From assembly GCA_011109175.1 (NCBI GenBank), contig RDEW01000057.1:127049-191048 (forward strand): a stretch of DNA of 64,000 bases, written 5' to 3'. The position numbers and the translations under genes were made by a program. The notes below the pieces were generated by a model that was not told the origin of the DNA, did no database searches, and worked only from the letters and a program-made list of their open reading frames with translations. The DNA comes from Dicyema japonicum (Eukaryota; Animalia; Dicyemida). Of this stretch, positions 25,915 to 38,250 are shown piece after piece; within the stretch, counting starts at the first letter, position 1; the number at the start of each line of letters is the position of its first letter.

Positions 25915-26600
25915 TTGCTTAGGAGGATTGGAATCGGACAAAGGCTGGGACTAGACGTTTGCCAGGAACACCGATGCCGATGCGGGAAAACAGTCGATGC
26001 GAAAGGATTGCACCCGCTGTCCTGCAGAAGAAGCGCCGGAAGGGGACCACGTCATGATGCTCTGAATGATGTGATCGTCAGAGCTCTGAAGGCTTCAGGC
26101 TTCCCAGCACAGCTTGAACCAGTGGGTCTTGATAGAGGAGATGGGTAGAGACCTGACGGGATGACCCTTTTCCCCTTCACGTCTGGAAGATCTTTGGTCT
26201 GGGACGCAACTTGCATAGACACGTTCTCAAGCACGAACATTTTTAAATCTGTTCAGACACCTGGAGCAGCTGCTTCGACTGCGGAAAACCTAAAAATCAA
26301 GAAATATTCTTGCCTCGGGGATCGCTACCGATTTACTCCTGTTGCGACCGAATCATCGGGAGCCGTTGGTCCAATGACGGCTGAATTCTTGCAAGAACTC
26401 GGAGGATTGCTTGCCAGAAAGAAAAGGGATCAACGAGAAGGGTTATGGCTAAGACAAAAGATAGGAATAGCCATACTCCGAGGGAACTCGTTCGCAATCC
26501 ACGCAGCAGGCTTCCTCAACTGACATTTGTTTAATTGTTAAAAAAATTTTTGTTTAAAAAAAAAATTACTTTTTAAAAAAAAATAATAATAAGGAAAAAA
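25915..26600 (+). mobile_element. CRE-clade non-LTR retrotransposon 3' end (zinc knuckle + restriction-like endonuclease)
   Basis: CRCG...HPLSC...RHD, RPDG...VWDATC, K..KY, FTPVATESSG and LRGN. One in-frame stop. A-rich tail. Confidence 0.85.
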
Positions 26601-26611
26601 ATGAGAGTAAA

Positions 26612-26680
26612 CGGTTATATAGCGGCTGCCCTGCCACGCAGTCAGGGTTCGAGCATGGAGGGGTGTCCAGCGGCGTTTTA
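26612..26680 (+). pseudogene. tRNA-Gly(GCC)-like remnant or SINE head
   Basis: gctgc-cctgccac-gcagt anticodon-like arm followed by B-box-like ggttcgagc. No complete cloverleaf. Confidence 0.25.
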
Positions 26681-27373
26681 ATATAATCGAAAGCTTTTTT
26701 GTTTCAGCAAATCCTTCTGACTGATTTCTATGAGTGTCTGCTTTTTAATTAATTTAATTTATAAATCTCGGATACATCGCAAAGATGTACTGATTATGGA
26801 CCCAGAAAATCTACTGAAAAAATTAGAGATTACGGAGGAGAGGATTTGTCTCTCATCATCATATAGCTAGCTATTGATTAAACCAGTGGGGAGTAACTCA
26901 AGGAAAGACTCCAGGACTTCCAAGACAGAATCCATGGTATTTCAACTGTCCTTCGTGTCAATAAACAGTAATTCATTGTTAACTAATCGTGTGATTCCTA
27001 CGGTTGTATACCAGAGACTTTTATTATCATCCACAAGGTCCACTTTTTGCGGTTGTGAATGTTAAAGCGAATGAACCTTTTGTGCCAATCTGGTAATCAA
27101 TGGTGTAATTTAAAGATGTTTCATGGGGGATGTGTGTTGGACTCGTTTGTAGTTATTTGGCCGGAAATGGGGCTGACATACCTCTACTGTGGTAAACATC
27201 TACTTAATGACTGAGGCAACCCCTCCTCATCTACATAGACAAAATTTTGACGCATGAAACAGGTGGTTCGGAAGTAAGGGGTTTTACTTCCGTGAACTGG
27301 GGGAACTAATTATTTCCAACTTTTAGAGGAACAATATGCTATATATTAAAAACGGCGATAACAAGTTCTTTAA

Positions 27374-27909
27374 ATGGAGACTACAAGCATTTTCAGAGAA
27401 CTAGAAGATAACCTTGTAGTAAATAGTTATCTATTAAAGTTGGCAAAAAAGAAGGAACACAAAAGCAGAGAGAAACATCGAAGAGATACGATATCCGACT
27501 CCATTGCTATTCTCGAGTCTGCACTGCCTTGTTATTGCGGAAATGTATGCCACCGTTGGAATCTTAGTTGACAAAAAACGATATTCTATGTAGTGCCAAC
27601 GATTATGTCCTGGAATTGGAAGAGATTGAAATGGACTCTAAGGAAGAGATCAAGAGACTGAAGGGAGACATTCAATATCTACTAAATTTGGGTGGGAATG
27701 TCCATAATTTTAAGAAAACAGTGAAATTGATGAAGCAACTCAAGAGATGTGTGCGAATTTTGTTAGTCGATTTGATGAGTTTCCTTAATAATATTCACAG
27801 TAACTGTTATATAGCTTATAATATTGATTTTCAAAAAATACGGCCATGGTCCCAGCATCCCCCAATAATCTCCTCGTATTCGCTCAGTGTTTCTATCTTA
27901 AATATTTGA
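27374..27909 (+). CDS. Class B bHLH-leucine zipper transcription factor (Myc/Max/Mlx superfamily); may extend upstream to ~26797
   Basis: Basic region EHKSREKHRRDTISDSIAILESALP, a 23-nt intron (gtatgccaccgttggaatcttag), helix 2 LTKNDILCSANDYVLEL, then a heptad zipper. Confidence 0.75.
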
Positions 27910-27914
27910 TGACG

Positions 27915-28330
27915 CTGTGGCATGCTTGACATGAAAGGACAGCATCCTATGTCATGACTGAGCGTCGAGAGATTCCCTAATTACAGCATGCTCAACTCGA
28001 CCGTCATGATGGCTATTGAAGACGCCGGGTTTACTTGTCTTCTGGAATCCGTCGGACTTGACAGAGGACGGATGACGAAATGACTAATGCCAAAGGAGGT
28101 GTCTTGCTTGGGACTCAACGTGCAAGGATACTTTCTCAAACGCGAATCGGCTCAAGTCATCGTTGTGCGCGGATTCCGCAGCGAGAACTGTTGAAGATAC
28201 CAAATAGAGGAAATATCGTAGAATGGGGATGGTTCGCTTCCAACCAATCCCCGTTGAGACATCTGGTGTGCTTGGTTTCGAATTTATCAGGTTGATCAGG
28301 CGGCTTGTAGGACTGAAGAAATGAGAGTCT
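27915..28330 (+). mobile_element. Older CRE-clade remnant
   Basis: LESVGLDRG and LAWDSTCKDTFS match the copy at 25915-26600. Confidence 0.6.
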
Positions 28331-28679
28331 AGAATGAGACGATAGCTCTTCTAGAACAAAGGGCTCGCAATCATGAGGGGTGACTTTCATTCCGTGTACA
28401 ATACCTGCTGGCCATAACAGAGACCTTGTCCTGCAAAGTTGTCTATAGCTGCTTCATGTACCCAATGGTATCCCCTCACTAATGTGGACTACTTATGAAG
28501 ACCTAATGTCCTAAGAGTTCACACAATGTCTACTTTCGCAAACTTCAGATAATATTAGGAACATTCTAGGGTTCCCATAATGGCGGGTACTTAAAGGAGA
28601 TCCATCCCACTCCGACTTCAAGAACCGGTTAAAACCTTTTTAAGGCATATCCAAGGTTATTAATAAAAAGTAGTCGTCA

Positions 28680-29160
28680 ATTATTGTTGTTGATTTATTT
28701 AAAACCAAGAATCATCGACAAAATAAGAGAGTGGAGGTCGTCAGGTGATCCCAGCCTCTTTAAGCTTCCTCGGTGTTTTCCCGAGTGTTTCTCCCGAGAG
28801 CCGATATAATTCCTGTATTGATAAATCACTTTTTCGAAAATTTTGAGGTTTCACCGGGGCTCCCGTTTCTACTCACAAGTTCCTCAACGGAATTGGCTTT
28901 AGTGGCGAGGTGAACCTTTGTAGGGCTTTCGCTACTATTTTTTGGAAAGTTTATTTTCTTTAGGTTGGTATAGGATAGGTTAGTACCCACGCCACACAGC
29001 AGTAACCGGTTGATGGTAGTATCCAAGTAGCGTTTTACAAAATTTAGTTTTCTTTGGAAGAGGAGATAACGTTTCTTACATGTTTGCAGGTCATAAGAGG
29101 GTCATATTTTATCCCCAGTATTTTGATTGCGTTTGTGAAGGGATTGATATTATTGTTGTT
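28680..29160 (-). mobile_element. LINE 3' fragment, related to 9925-10460
   Basis: AIKILGIKYDPL and a 3' hairpin tail. Confidence 0.65.
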
Positions 29161-29334
29161 AATTCTTTAATGTAAATTGTTTTAATTATAATTTAAAATT
29201 AAAAGTAACAGCAATTCATCCAAAGTGGTCCCCGCCGATATTTTTGACGTGGCGTTGCTCTCACAATTGCAACAGAGATCAACTGGAGAAGCCATCTTGT
29301 TGTTTATTAAATTTTCAATATGGAGACGCCATAT

Positions 29335-30250
29335 AAACTATTATTATTATAACCCCGGGAACACAGGAAAAAGTTATCGTCTAATTAAGTGATCCCGGTG
29401 TCAGTGCGTCTTCCTTTGTTTCGACTTTATTTGCAATCTTTTATGATCGTCCAAAAGGGGGAAGTTTGATCTCAAATTTGCGAGCATACTTCTGGTAGGC
29501 AAGAAACTCATCTTCAAGGGGCTACCAGAAGATCGCACCATTTTCAAGAATTCTTGTTGTTCGTCACCGAGATGTTCCATAACTTTTTTGTCATCTAATG
29601 TGTTCCTCATTTTTGACGTAGGAGTCATTCTGTCACATTTAAGAAGGATCCGGAGGTATTGGTTTTGTATGACCTCTAATTTGTTCTGCGTGGATATTGA
29701 CAAGGGTGTACGCCGTACATGCATCTTCCATTGTCGGTAGAATATACTGTTTGTATAATAATTTGAGATGAGAAAGTGAAGATATTGGCGATCTAGCAAA
29801 GGTCTTGAGGATCCCCATCTTTTTTTGAACTCTTAAAATTATTGTGTCCACATGATGTGTGAAAGTCATCAACAGGTCATATGTAACTCAAATGATTGAT
29901 GGGTTCTTATTAACTGGGATACGCTCTCCATTCCAAGTTAATTTAGGATCGAAGGATGTATGTTTCCTGTAGGATGAGATAATCGAAGTGCTCGACTTAC
30001 CATGGGAGATTTTCATGTGGTTTTTGAGGAACCATGAGTTCGTAATGTCGAGGGTCTCCTGAACCCTTCGCGCAGCTTTTTTATGGTTTTGGTGTCTTGC
30101 TGCGACAATGAGATCGTCGGCATAAGACAGAAGGATAGTATTTTGGATTTGGAAGGTCTCTTGTAAATAAATTGAACAAGGTTGGTGATAAAGGGAATCC
30201 TTGAACGACCCCGTTGGGGAGGTATCGTTGTTTTGAATAAATTAAACAAG
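29335..30250 (-). mobile_element. I/Jockey-like LINE 3' fragment
   Basis: QGFPLSPTLFNLF, LSYADD and LYKQYILPTMEDAC. Tail hairpin ccgggaacac/gtgatcccgg followed by (TAA)n. Confidence 0.75.
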
Positions 30251-30274
30251 GTTGGTGATGAACTATTTTAATTT

Positions 30275-30545
30275 TGTTATGTTATCCAGTTAAGTCGTGT
30301 CCGACCCTTGAAGATCTCATGAACAAGTTTCCTCCACGTCTTACACCGTGAATAACCGCCGAGTCCTCGGTTGACCATGTCTTCTTTTCCCAGTAATATT
30401 GCTCAGCATAATGGTTCTTTCCAGGGAGTAAGAGCGGACAACACGCCCAAAGAACGGCAATCTGTGTTTTACGATTCTTCCTTCTAGCGAAATGTCCGTC
30501 TCCACATTTGAGTACATCGGTGTTTATTACTTTGGAAGTCCAAAA
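30275..30545 (-). mobile_element. RTE (BovB-like) 3' fragment
   Basis: Nucleotide similarity to 57645-58021. Short taaca tail. Confidence 0.7.
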
Positions 30546-30629
30546 GAACAAGGTTTTAATTTAATTTCAATAAATATAAGTTTAATTTTAGATTAATATA
30601 AATAAGTTATTATTTGAATTTCATCTACG

Positions 30630-31042
30630 ATGTCTCGTCATATGTTGTTGTACTCTATTTGTTTAGTTCTCTTATCAACAATCGGGTATGATTAATTTAC
30701 AATTTAAGATCATATGTCTTCCTGGGTGTGTATCACTTCCTATTTGGGTTCAGTGTCTCCAGAAGCGGTTCCTTAAATGGCTAAAAATTAGACATGTATT
30801 GTGGTGAGTCGAAGGTAGAAGTTGAAACCTGCAATGAATGTCAGCAAAGCAATGAATTCATAGCTTGCAAGTTTGGGAATCATTATTTTAATTTTAATTG
30901 CGGCCAGTTTGTTCTAAGGTTACCTTGCATCCCCAGTAATGACACTGAGATTAAAAATGTCATCCTGTTTCTCGTGGGTTCCATTTTTATGCTGATAACT
31001 GGCGTATTGGTTAGACAAAGACAACTTAAACTTGTAATCTAG
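30630..31042 (+). CDS. JTB: Protein JTB (jumping translocation breakpoint) homolog
   Basis: Signal peptide, two introns (23 and 24 nt), a six-Cys ectodomain including CxxC, a TM helix, then VRQRQLKL as in JTB (IIRQRQL). Confidence 0.75.
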
Positions 31043-31549
31043 TATTATTTGGTGTTTGAATTTAATCTTTTCTGGTTTGATACTTTTAAGGGTATCTTGG
31101 GGGGTGTTTGCTAAACATTTAAGTGAGTTTTGATATTATAACCTCTCTGGCATCGGAGAGTTGCTGTGTCTGAATATGCCTTAGCCTAGAGTCATTATTA
31201 TTAAAGCACCATACGTAAACAATAATAGTTATAGTTTCACACACGTGGCTTTAGAAACTGTCAAACTAAGGCGCTCTCTCAAGTCGTCCAGATGTGTTCC
31301 GTATTTCATTTGGAATACTTGAGATCAGCTCAAAGGACCAGTGGAGCAAACATTGTATAAAGCTTTCTTGTTTATTTCCTTGGCCAATTCAATCCCAGGA
31401 TTTTCCTTTGATAAAAAGAATCAGTTCTTATCTATCCTCTGTTCTCAGCCTTGGAAATAATGACTGTTACATTTTTTACGATTACATTAAAATAAATGTT
31501 ACAGTAATTGACCTTTTTTTAAATTTATTAAGCCATTAAGGACAACAGT

Positions 31550-34500
31550 TAGTTTCATATCGAGAGCGCACTTCCCTAGGTGTTTTGCAAGGAAATGTCC
31601 TCAATTAGCCAAGTCCTTTCTCTTTTATAATTTTACATCTCAGCGATAAGTGATTCAATTCTGTTTAACGCGCTCCAGACTGACCTTATTTACCACCTTA
31701 ATGGGATGAGATATTTAACATTGGGACTGTATAACCTTAGCCGTAATGATGTACTTATCTTCTTGCGTCAATTCAGTTATTTTTAACTTTGTTCAGCGCA
31801 GGTCCTTCTTGGAATGATGCCCTCATTGTCTCCAAGTAAGGACCAAAGCTTATTGGTCTTCCTCCATGGTTCATCCTATCATTTCGAAGGTCGCATAGCG
31901 ACTCAAAGTACAGTAAACTCCCATTAATCCGAACTTCACAGTACATTCCGCAAGATCTTGGATGGCCAGGATATTACAGTTATGTTTCTTAGATGATTCC
32001 TGTGAAACGAGTCTAGCTTCTCCAATTCCTCTTTAGAGGTGGCCCAGGTCCCAGAGTTGTATAGGATAATTGGTTTGATAAATGTGTCGTATAACATTAT
32101 CCTTTGTTTTATGTTATTCCCTTTCCGTTTTAGCCATAGGTTTGTCAGCCTGTGTAATGCCGCGTTTGTCATGGTTTTTCCCGTATGATATCTTGACTAT
32201 CTCATAATAGTGAGCCAAGTTTCTTTGTGTCTCCATTTCTCTTCGAGTGAGTTTCTATCCGTTCTGTTTTTTCCCTGTTCACGGTGAGAAACCATTTCCC
32301 AAGTATATCTGGTGCTTTTTCTAGTACATGTTCCAGGAGTTCTTTGTCTTCAGAGATTAGGTCGACATCATCAGCATAAATCACTTCTATTTTTCCTTGG
32401 TATAATGGTCTCAGTTCCCTCATACCGGCCTCCAAGTATATTGTGAATAGTAGCGGAGAGAGGAGTCTCCTTGAGGAGTGCGTGTCTTTGTTTCAAATTT
32501 TCTTGAGTAGGTTTTTTTACTCTCACAAGGAGCTCTGTGTTAGATAGAAGGATTTGGATCATTCTCAGACTTGATTCGTCAATAAACCCTTCCAGCACTG
32601 TCATCAATTTGTTCCTGTTAACCGAGTCAAAGGCTTTTGATAGATCTATTCCCAGAATGTGGGTGGCATTGCAATATCTTTGATGTGTTGCACATCTTCA
32701 TCTGTAACTCCAGACTGCATCAGTTGTTGATCTTCCTTCTCTGAACCCACTTTGACTTTCGGGTAGTCAGTCATAGGCGGGTCCTTTTGTTCGTTCCAAT
32801 ACAATGTTAGCTAAGACTTTCCGTAGAGAATTTGATTATATAATTGATCGTAAGTTTCAGCCGGTCCTTTGGGTTTATTGGGTTTGTATAGGTATTAGTA
32901 ATCCCGTTCCCAGGGGTAGAGTTGAGTTAGTTGAAAACATTTCATTTTGTAGTGTAGCGATTTTTCCAAAAAATGGGTCAAGGCCGTATTTCAATAATTC
33001 TGGGTTTATCGTATCTGGTCCGGGGCTTCTGTTATTTTTTAGTTTTTGACAGGCTATTTTTACTTCCAAAATTGTAATTGCTACTTTCAAAGGTCTAGGC
33101 TTTCCTTTGAAGGGGGGGGGGAGGGGATTGCTGCAGTCAAATTAAAAAGTTTCTCAAAATGTGTTGCAATTACCTCCGCTTGCTCTTGAGTATTCAGTAA
33201 TGTCTTGCCATTTTTGTCTTTGATGATTATTCAACCTTCCGGTTTGTGTGGCGTAGTAAACGAACGGCCATATAATAATAATAATAATAAAGCCTTTTCA
33301 CGAGAGCCATAGTATTTTATAGCTCCGCATAGGCAGGACACACACTTTATTTAAGTAAAGAACAGTTAATTTTAACTAATCGTAGAACCAAGGAATGATC
33401 TTCACTTCTTTTTTTTCTTTTTCTTGTGTGAGTGTCCTTTCTAGACAAATCCAGTTCCGCAGTGAGTATTCACTGATGACGGCGTCACTCGTCAAACCAT
33501 TTCTGCATCGTAGATGCGTGGAACCTTCCACCAGGTGAACAGCAGCGAGATTTGAACCCGTAGCCTAAGCCACTTAAGCCCGACACCTAACCACTAAGCC
33601 ACCCGCGAACGGCCATATACATTTGTGAATTATCTTTTAGTTTGGATACTTCATTGATTTTGCGAATTAGTTTTTCTTGGTGGAGTGTCTTGTTCAGTCT
33701 TCTGATTTTTCTCTGGATTTTGTCCCTCTGTCCTTGAAGGGCTTTTCTTTCGTTATAGTCTTTTTTGTTTAGAATTTTTTGTATGAATTTCTTTTAACTC
33801 TTTTGCTAACTCTTTTGCTAATTCTGCATGTATCGTCCGACCTATACTGGCCATCTGCTGCGTGCCGAGGTACTGGCTTGCTGCTTCGTTTATTATATTC
33901 TTTGTGCGATCCACGAAATTCCTACTGTTAGGTCCTTCAGATGAGAGCATGTATTTTTTGTAATTTATGACTGTATGAGAGATCAGTTTTCCGTTGCATA
34001 TCCATTTCTTGAATTCTCATATTATTGTTTGTAATTTTATTGTGTTTCTTATGTTTGATACTATTTTTCGCTAGGCTGAAGATGACCATTCTGTGGTCGC
34101 TGACAGTTGTTGAACTTTCGTATGAGCGTGCGTTAATAAGAGCGTTAGTCATTGATCCGGCATATAATATAATCAATTTGTTGTATATTGGGACTAGTTT
34201 TCCATCCCATCCAAGTGGTTTGTTGACATCCACGAAAGAGAAGCGGTACAACAACAGTTTGTTTGCCGTGCAGAAATGGCCAAGTATGGTCCCAGGCAAG
34301 TTTCTTTCCCACGTCCGTGTCTTCCCATGAGGGTATTCTGAGTTGTTTTATGTTCCAATTTTTGCATTTAGATCGCCAGCAATAAATATAAGTGAGGACG
34401 ACTCAAATTCATTATACGTCTTTGATAATGCTGAGTAGAATTCATCCAGTTCGGTCGCGTAGTTTGTCACTCTTCCACAGTGTGGTGCATATACATTTAT

Positions 34501-34880
34501 AATTGTTGTATATTTAGAAGAACATTGGTTGTTCAGATGGATCTGTATTACGCAGATCCTGTCATTCACCCTCCAAATGCGAATGTCAGATGATAGTTTT
34601 CTGTGAATGGCGAATCCAAAACCATAGTGTTTTGAGTCACTGGGTAGCCATATTAGTCGATATTTTCATGTTTTTATCGAGATAGTATGTAATTTTCGTC
34701 TCTTGTATACAGCCAATAGAAACGTTATATCTTTCTAGGTCATCACAGAGGATTTCTTGACTGAGGTTTAGATATTCCTCTAGCATTGAACGTAAGAAGC
34801 TTTTGGACAAGCATATTCTTTTGTATTCTGTTTTCTAGACATTTTTATTAACCGTTGTACAGAGAAGAAACGTCACCACT
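31550..34880 (-). mobile_element. Near full-length decayed RTE-clade LINE (APE + RT), related to 23900-25900, with a SINE inserted
   Basis: LLTFNARG, IINVYAPH, FIAGDLNAKIG, SDHRMV, SPGPDTINPELLKYG, GIDLSKAFDSV, IYADD and FIKPIILYNSGTW. Confidence 0.85.
33275..33605 (-). mobile_element. tRNA-derived SINE family A, full-length copy
   Basis: A box TGGCTTAGTGG, B box GGTTCAAATC, (TAT)n tail, and 14-bp TSD cgaacggccatata at 33261 and 33606. Confidence 0.9.
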
Positions 34881-34923
34881 TATAATAATAATTGCCACAT
34901 GGCTAGAAAGAGGTTGAAAATTT

Positions 34924-35207
34924 ATAATAATAAAGCCTTTTCACGAGAGCCATAGTATTTATAGCTCCGCATAGGCAGGACACAACACTTTAATTTAAGT
35001 ACAGACAGTTAACTAATCGTAGAACAAGGAATGATCTTCACTTCTTTTTTTCTTGTGTGAGTGTCCTTTCTAGACAATCAGTTCCGCAGTGAGTATCCAC
35101 TGATGACGCGTCACTCGTCAAACCCTTTCTGCATCGTAGATGCCTGGAACCTTCCACCAGGTGAACAGCAGAGATTCGAAACCCGTAGCCTAAGCCACTT
35201 AAGCCCG
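34924..35207 (-). mobile_element. SINE family A copy, 5'-altered
   Basis: Near-identical to 33275-33605 apart from many 1-2 nt deletions. Imperfect TSD ggttgaaa(a)ttt. Confidence 0.85.
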
Positions 35208-35229
35208 TGGCATAGTGGTTGAAATTTCT

Positions 35230-36050
35230 ATTGTATAGAAAAAAGATTTGTGAAATGAAAAATACATCAAAATGACAATCAGAAATTATCCCATTTCTGT
35301 GATATAAAATGAAAATTTATTTGGGAATTTCGACACTTTTCAGAAATTCTTAAAAAACCGTGAAAATTGGAAAACTGTGAACCTACGATTAACAAGACAG
35401 TGGTAAATATCGTCAATTCGATAATTCACTGAATGTATTTCAAGGATCGATGAAATTAATGGTTCTATTGCTGAAGGTATCATCATTTCAAAGGCTAAGG
35501 TATTTAGTGGAAGCTTGGAAAAGAAATTAGTCTACACAAATGTAAAGGAAGATTTAATCTTAAAATAAAAGTTCTTGAGAAGCTCAGCACATGATGAAAT
35601 TAATTGAATAGACAAAAATATGATTAAGTTAAAAGAAGTTAACCCTGACGTATTGGATGAAACTGGAATTTTTTTCCCTTCAAGAACAATTTCATAAAAA
35701 ATAGAAAAGGCATAAGCAATCAAAAGTGAGGATCAGTACTAATGTAACTGTTAAAAATTAATTTTTTGTTATTGGAAATAGTAAAAGACCCACATTAAAA
35801 AGATTTTGAAAATATAGGACTATGCAAATAAAAGGGATGACGACAGAAATTTTTAATGTTTATTCCTATTGATGAATAACATGATACGAAATAAATAAAT
35901 ATTTTTTGAAAACGTTTAAATTCTATTCCTTCCAAAAAACACAACTGCTCATCTTTAAAACGATGAACGCAGGCATTATCAAGAACTTTAAGAATTATCA
36001 TAGAAAAAGGTTTATTTTTGGATTACATGGAAGCCCTTGATTTGGAAAAA
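35230..36050 (+). mobile_element. Second decayed copy of the 6938-10607 Tigger family (internal part)
   Basis: Colinear nucleotide similarity with 7165-7850 and 9540-9625. Confidence 0.75.
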
Positions 36051-36099
36051 TAATTTTTTTCTTTGTGTAGTGCTGGACTCTGTCATTCATCAATTATAG

Positions 36100-36600
36100 A
36101 GAAAATTCCTAATCAAGTCCAAAGTTTAAACCAGTGGACATAAGCATCAACTACCAACATATTATAAAATTAGTCACCTTCTTGTGTAAATATGAAAGCT
36201 TATTCTGACGGAGAAGTTATTAAAATTGCTATTTACATTTTTTTGTGTTGTCATCAAATTTTTATATTATTCTTTTGCTGTTGATACAAGTAAAGATATC
36301 TCTAATACCGAACAAATGGTCACAAAAGGTTTTCACTTTGGATTTAAAATTTATGAAAAATTTTTTTCTCTTGGTTCATTAAAAGGCTTTATAAAAGGAA
36401 TCGATGTGCTTAACGAATTCCTTGAAAGTATTAAAGAAATTTGACATTTATCCTTCGAAATTAATTTCTATTTGTATGATGGGGGCCGAAATATGATTGG
36501 TGGTAATAAATGATTTCGTGGACTTTTTTCTGAATGGAGAATTCAAAAAATCTTGATCGTATATTTTGGCACCATCGTTGGCTTTCCTTTTTTCACAAAA
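36100..36600 (+). mobile_element. hAT transposase remnant (ZMYM1-like type)
   Basis: FAVDTSKDISNTEQM and YDG..NMIG-like catalytic motifs. Confidence 0.45.
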
Positions 36601-36613
36601 CTAGTGCTAAAAG

Positions 36614-36798
36614 CCGGTGGCTTAGTGGTTAGGTGTCGGGCTTAAGTGGCTTAGGCTACGGGTTCGAATCTCGCTGCTGTTCACCTGGTGGAAGGTTCCA
36701 CGCATCTACGATTGCAGAAATGGTTTGACGAGTGTGTGTCCTGCCTATGCGGAGCTATAAAATACTATGGCTCTCGTGAAAAGGCTTTATTATATTAT
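36614..36798 (+). mobile_element. SINE family A copy with internal deletion
   Basis: A and B boxes, TAT tail, and 12-bp TSD tagtgctaaaag at 36602 and 36799. Confidence 0.9.
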
Positions 36799-36877
36799 TA
36801 GTGCTAAAAGTAAAAATTTTATAAAATTAGAATTTCTTACAATTATAATTGATAAGAACTTGCTTTAAATATAAGTA

Positions 36878-38250
36878 CAGTCCGACCCCGAATTAGGGCA
36901 GACCCCAGGGGTGGGGCACCCTCGGATTTTGGGGCATTTTTTTTGGCCAACATTTTGGCAGAGTAAAATGGAAAATCGATAAAAAATATGGAAATTTTGG
37001 GGCACTATAAAATGTGGGGAATGAAATTATAAGTAAATAAAATTATATTTTATTAATAAATATATATAATTTTAATATACGGCTTCAAAAAATTGGATTT
37101 GATACTTTCAAAGCTTCAAACGGCTGGCTTGACAGATTTAAAAAGCGACATGAACTTAAATTCAAATCAATTTGTGGAGAAAAAATTCATGTGACTTGAC
37201 TTACATCAATGAGTTTTTTAAAATTCTTGACGAGAAAATTATTCAATATGGAAGACAAAATGTTTTTAATTGTGATGAAACTGCTCTTTATATAAAAAAA
37301 CTCCACGAAAGTCGTTTGTAGGAATAAATGACGACACTTTTGTCTTTAAACAGGAAAAAGAAAGAGTCACTGTACTTCTTTGTTGCAATTCCATGGGGAA
37401 AAACTTGAGCCATTGATTGTTGGAAAATTTAAAAACCCTCGATGTCTCAAAAATTTCAATGTGAAAGATTGGGAATTTCATATTCATCCTCTAAAAATGC
37501 ATGGATGACTGGAAATATTTTTATGAGCTGGTTGACTCGGATAAATGAAAGATTTTATACAATCAACAGGAAAGTATTAATATTGCTTGATAATGCGGGA
37601 TGTCATAAACTATTGAATGCTCAAATATTGAGTTTTTATTTTTGCCAAAAAATACAACACCGTATTTGCAACCATTGGATATGGGAATTATCAGACCCTT
37701 TAAGATTATTACTCAAATTATCTGATTCAGTATTTGTGTTTTGAAGGAGGATGATGAATTCAACGGTTGATAAACAAAATAAACCTTGTCATGTAATTCT
37801 GCTAATTTCTAAAAGCTGGGAAAAAACTTGATCTAAGTTTAATATTTATAATTGTTGGAATCAAATTGAAAAGATTCGTGATTCCGTAAAAAATTGAAGA
37901 TACATTACAGAAGAAATGATCAACAATGCCGTAAACGAAACATTGAATGGGGAAAGTGACGAATTCGTTGATAATATTTACAACGAAGGTTTAGAAAACA
38001 ATAAACAAGGAAACAATTCTAAGAGAAACGCAAGATTCGCTCGATCTGTTAGAGAAGAAAATTTTTTACATATCTCCTGAAATGCTCAAAGAATTTTACG
38101 ATTTTTGACTTAATTTTATGAAAATGTTAAAAGTAAAAAGATAACTAGGGATAAATTAACTGATTATTTTTCTAAAATTGATTTTTGATGTTTAAAATCT
38201 CTGTTTTATTAAACCCCTGTTTTTGGGGCACCCCGCTTTTTGGGGGCACT
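36878..38250 (+). mobile_element. Tigger/pogo transposon of a different family, decayed
   Basis: TA-cagtccgacccc terminus. FKASNGWLDRFKKRH, VFNCDETAL, NAWMT, ILLDNAGCH and LQPLDMGII. Subterminal tggggcacc repeats at both ends. Confidence 0.8.

Noticed and set aside
33470-33500. Hammerhead ribozyme in SINE A (CTGATGA)
   Set aside because: The stem is followed by CAAA rather than GAAA, it lies antisense to the SINE, and the motif is altered in the 42348 copy.
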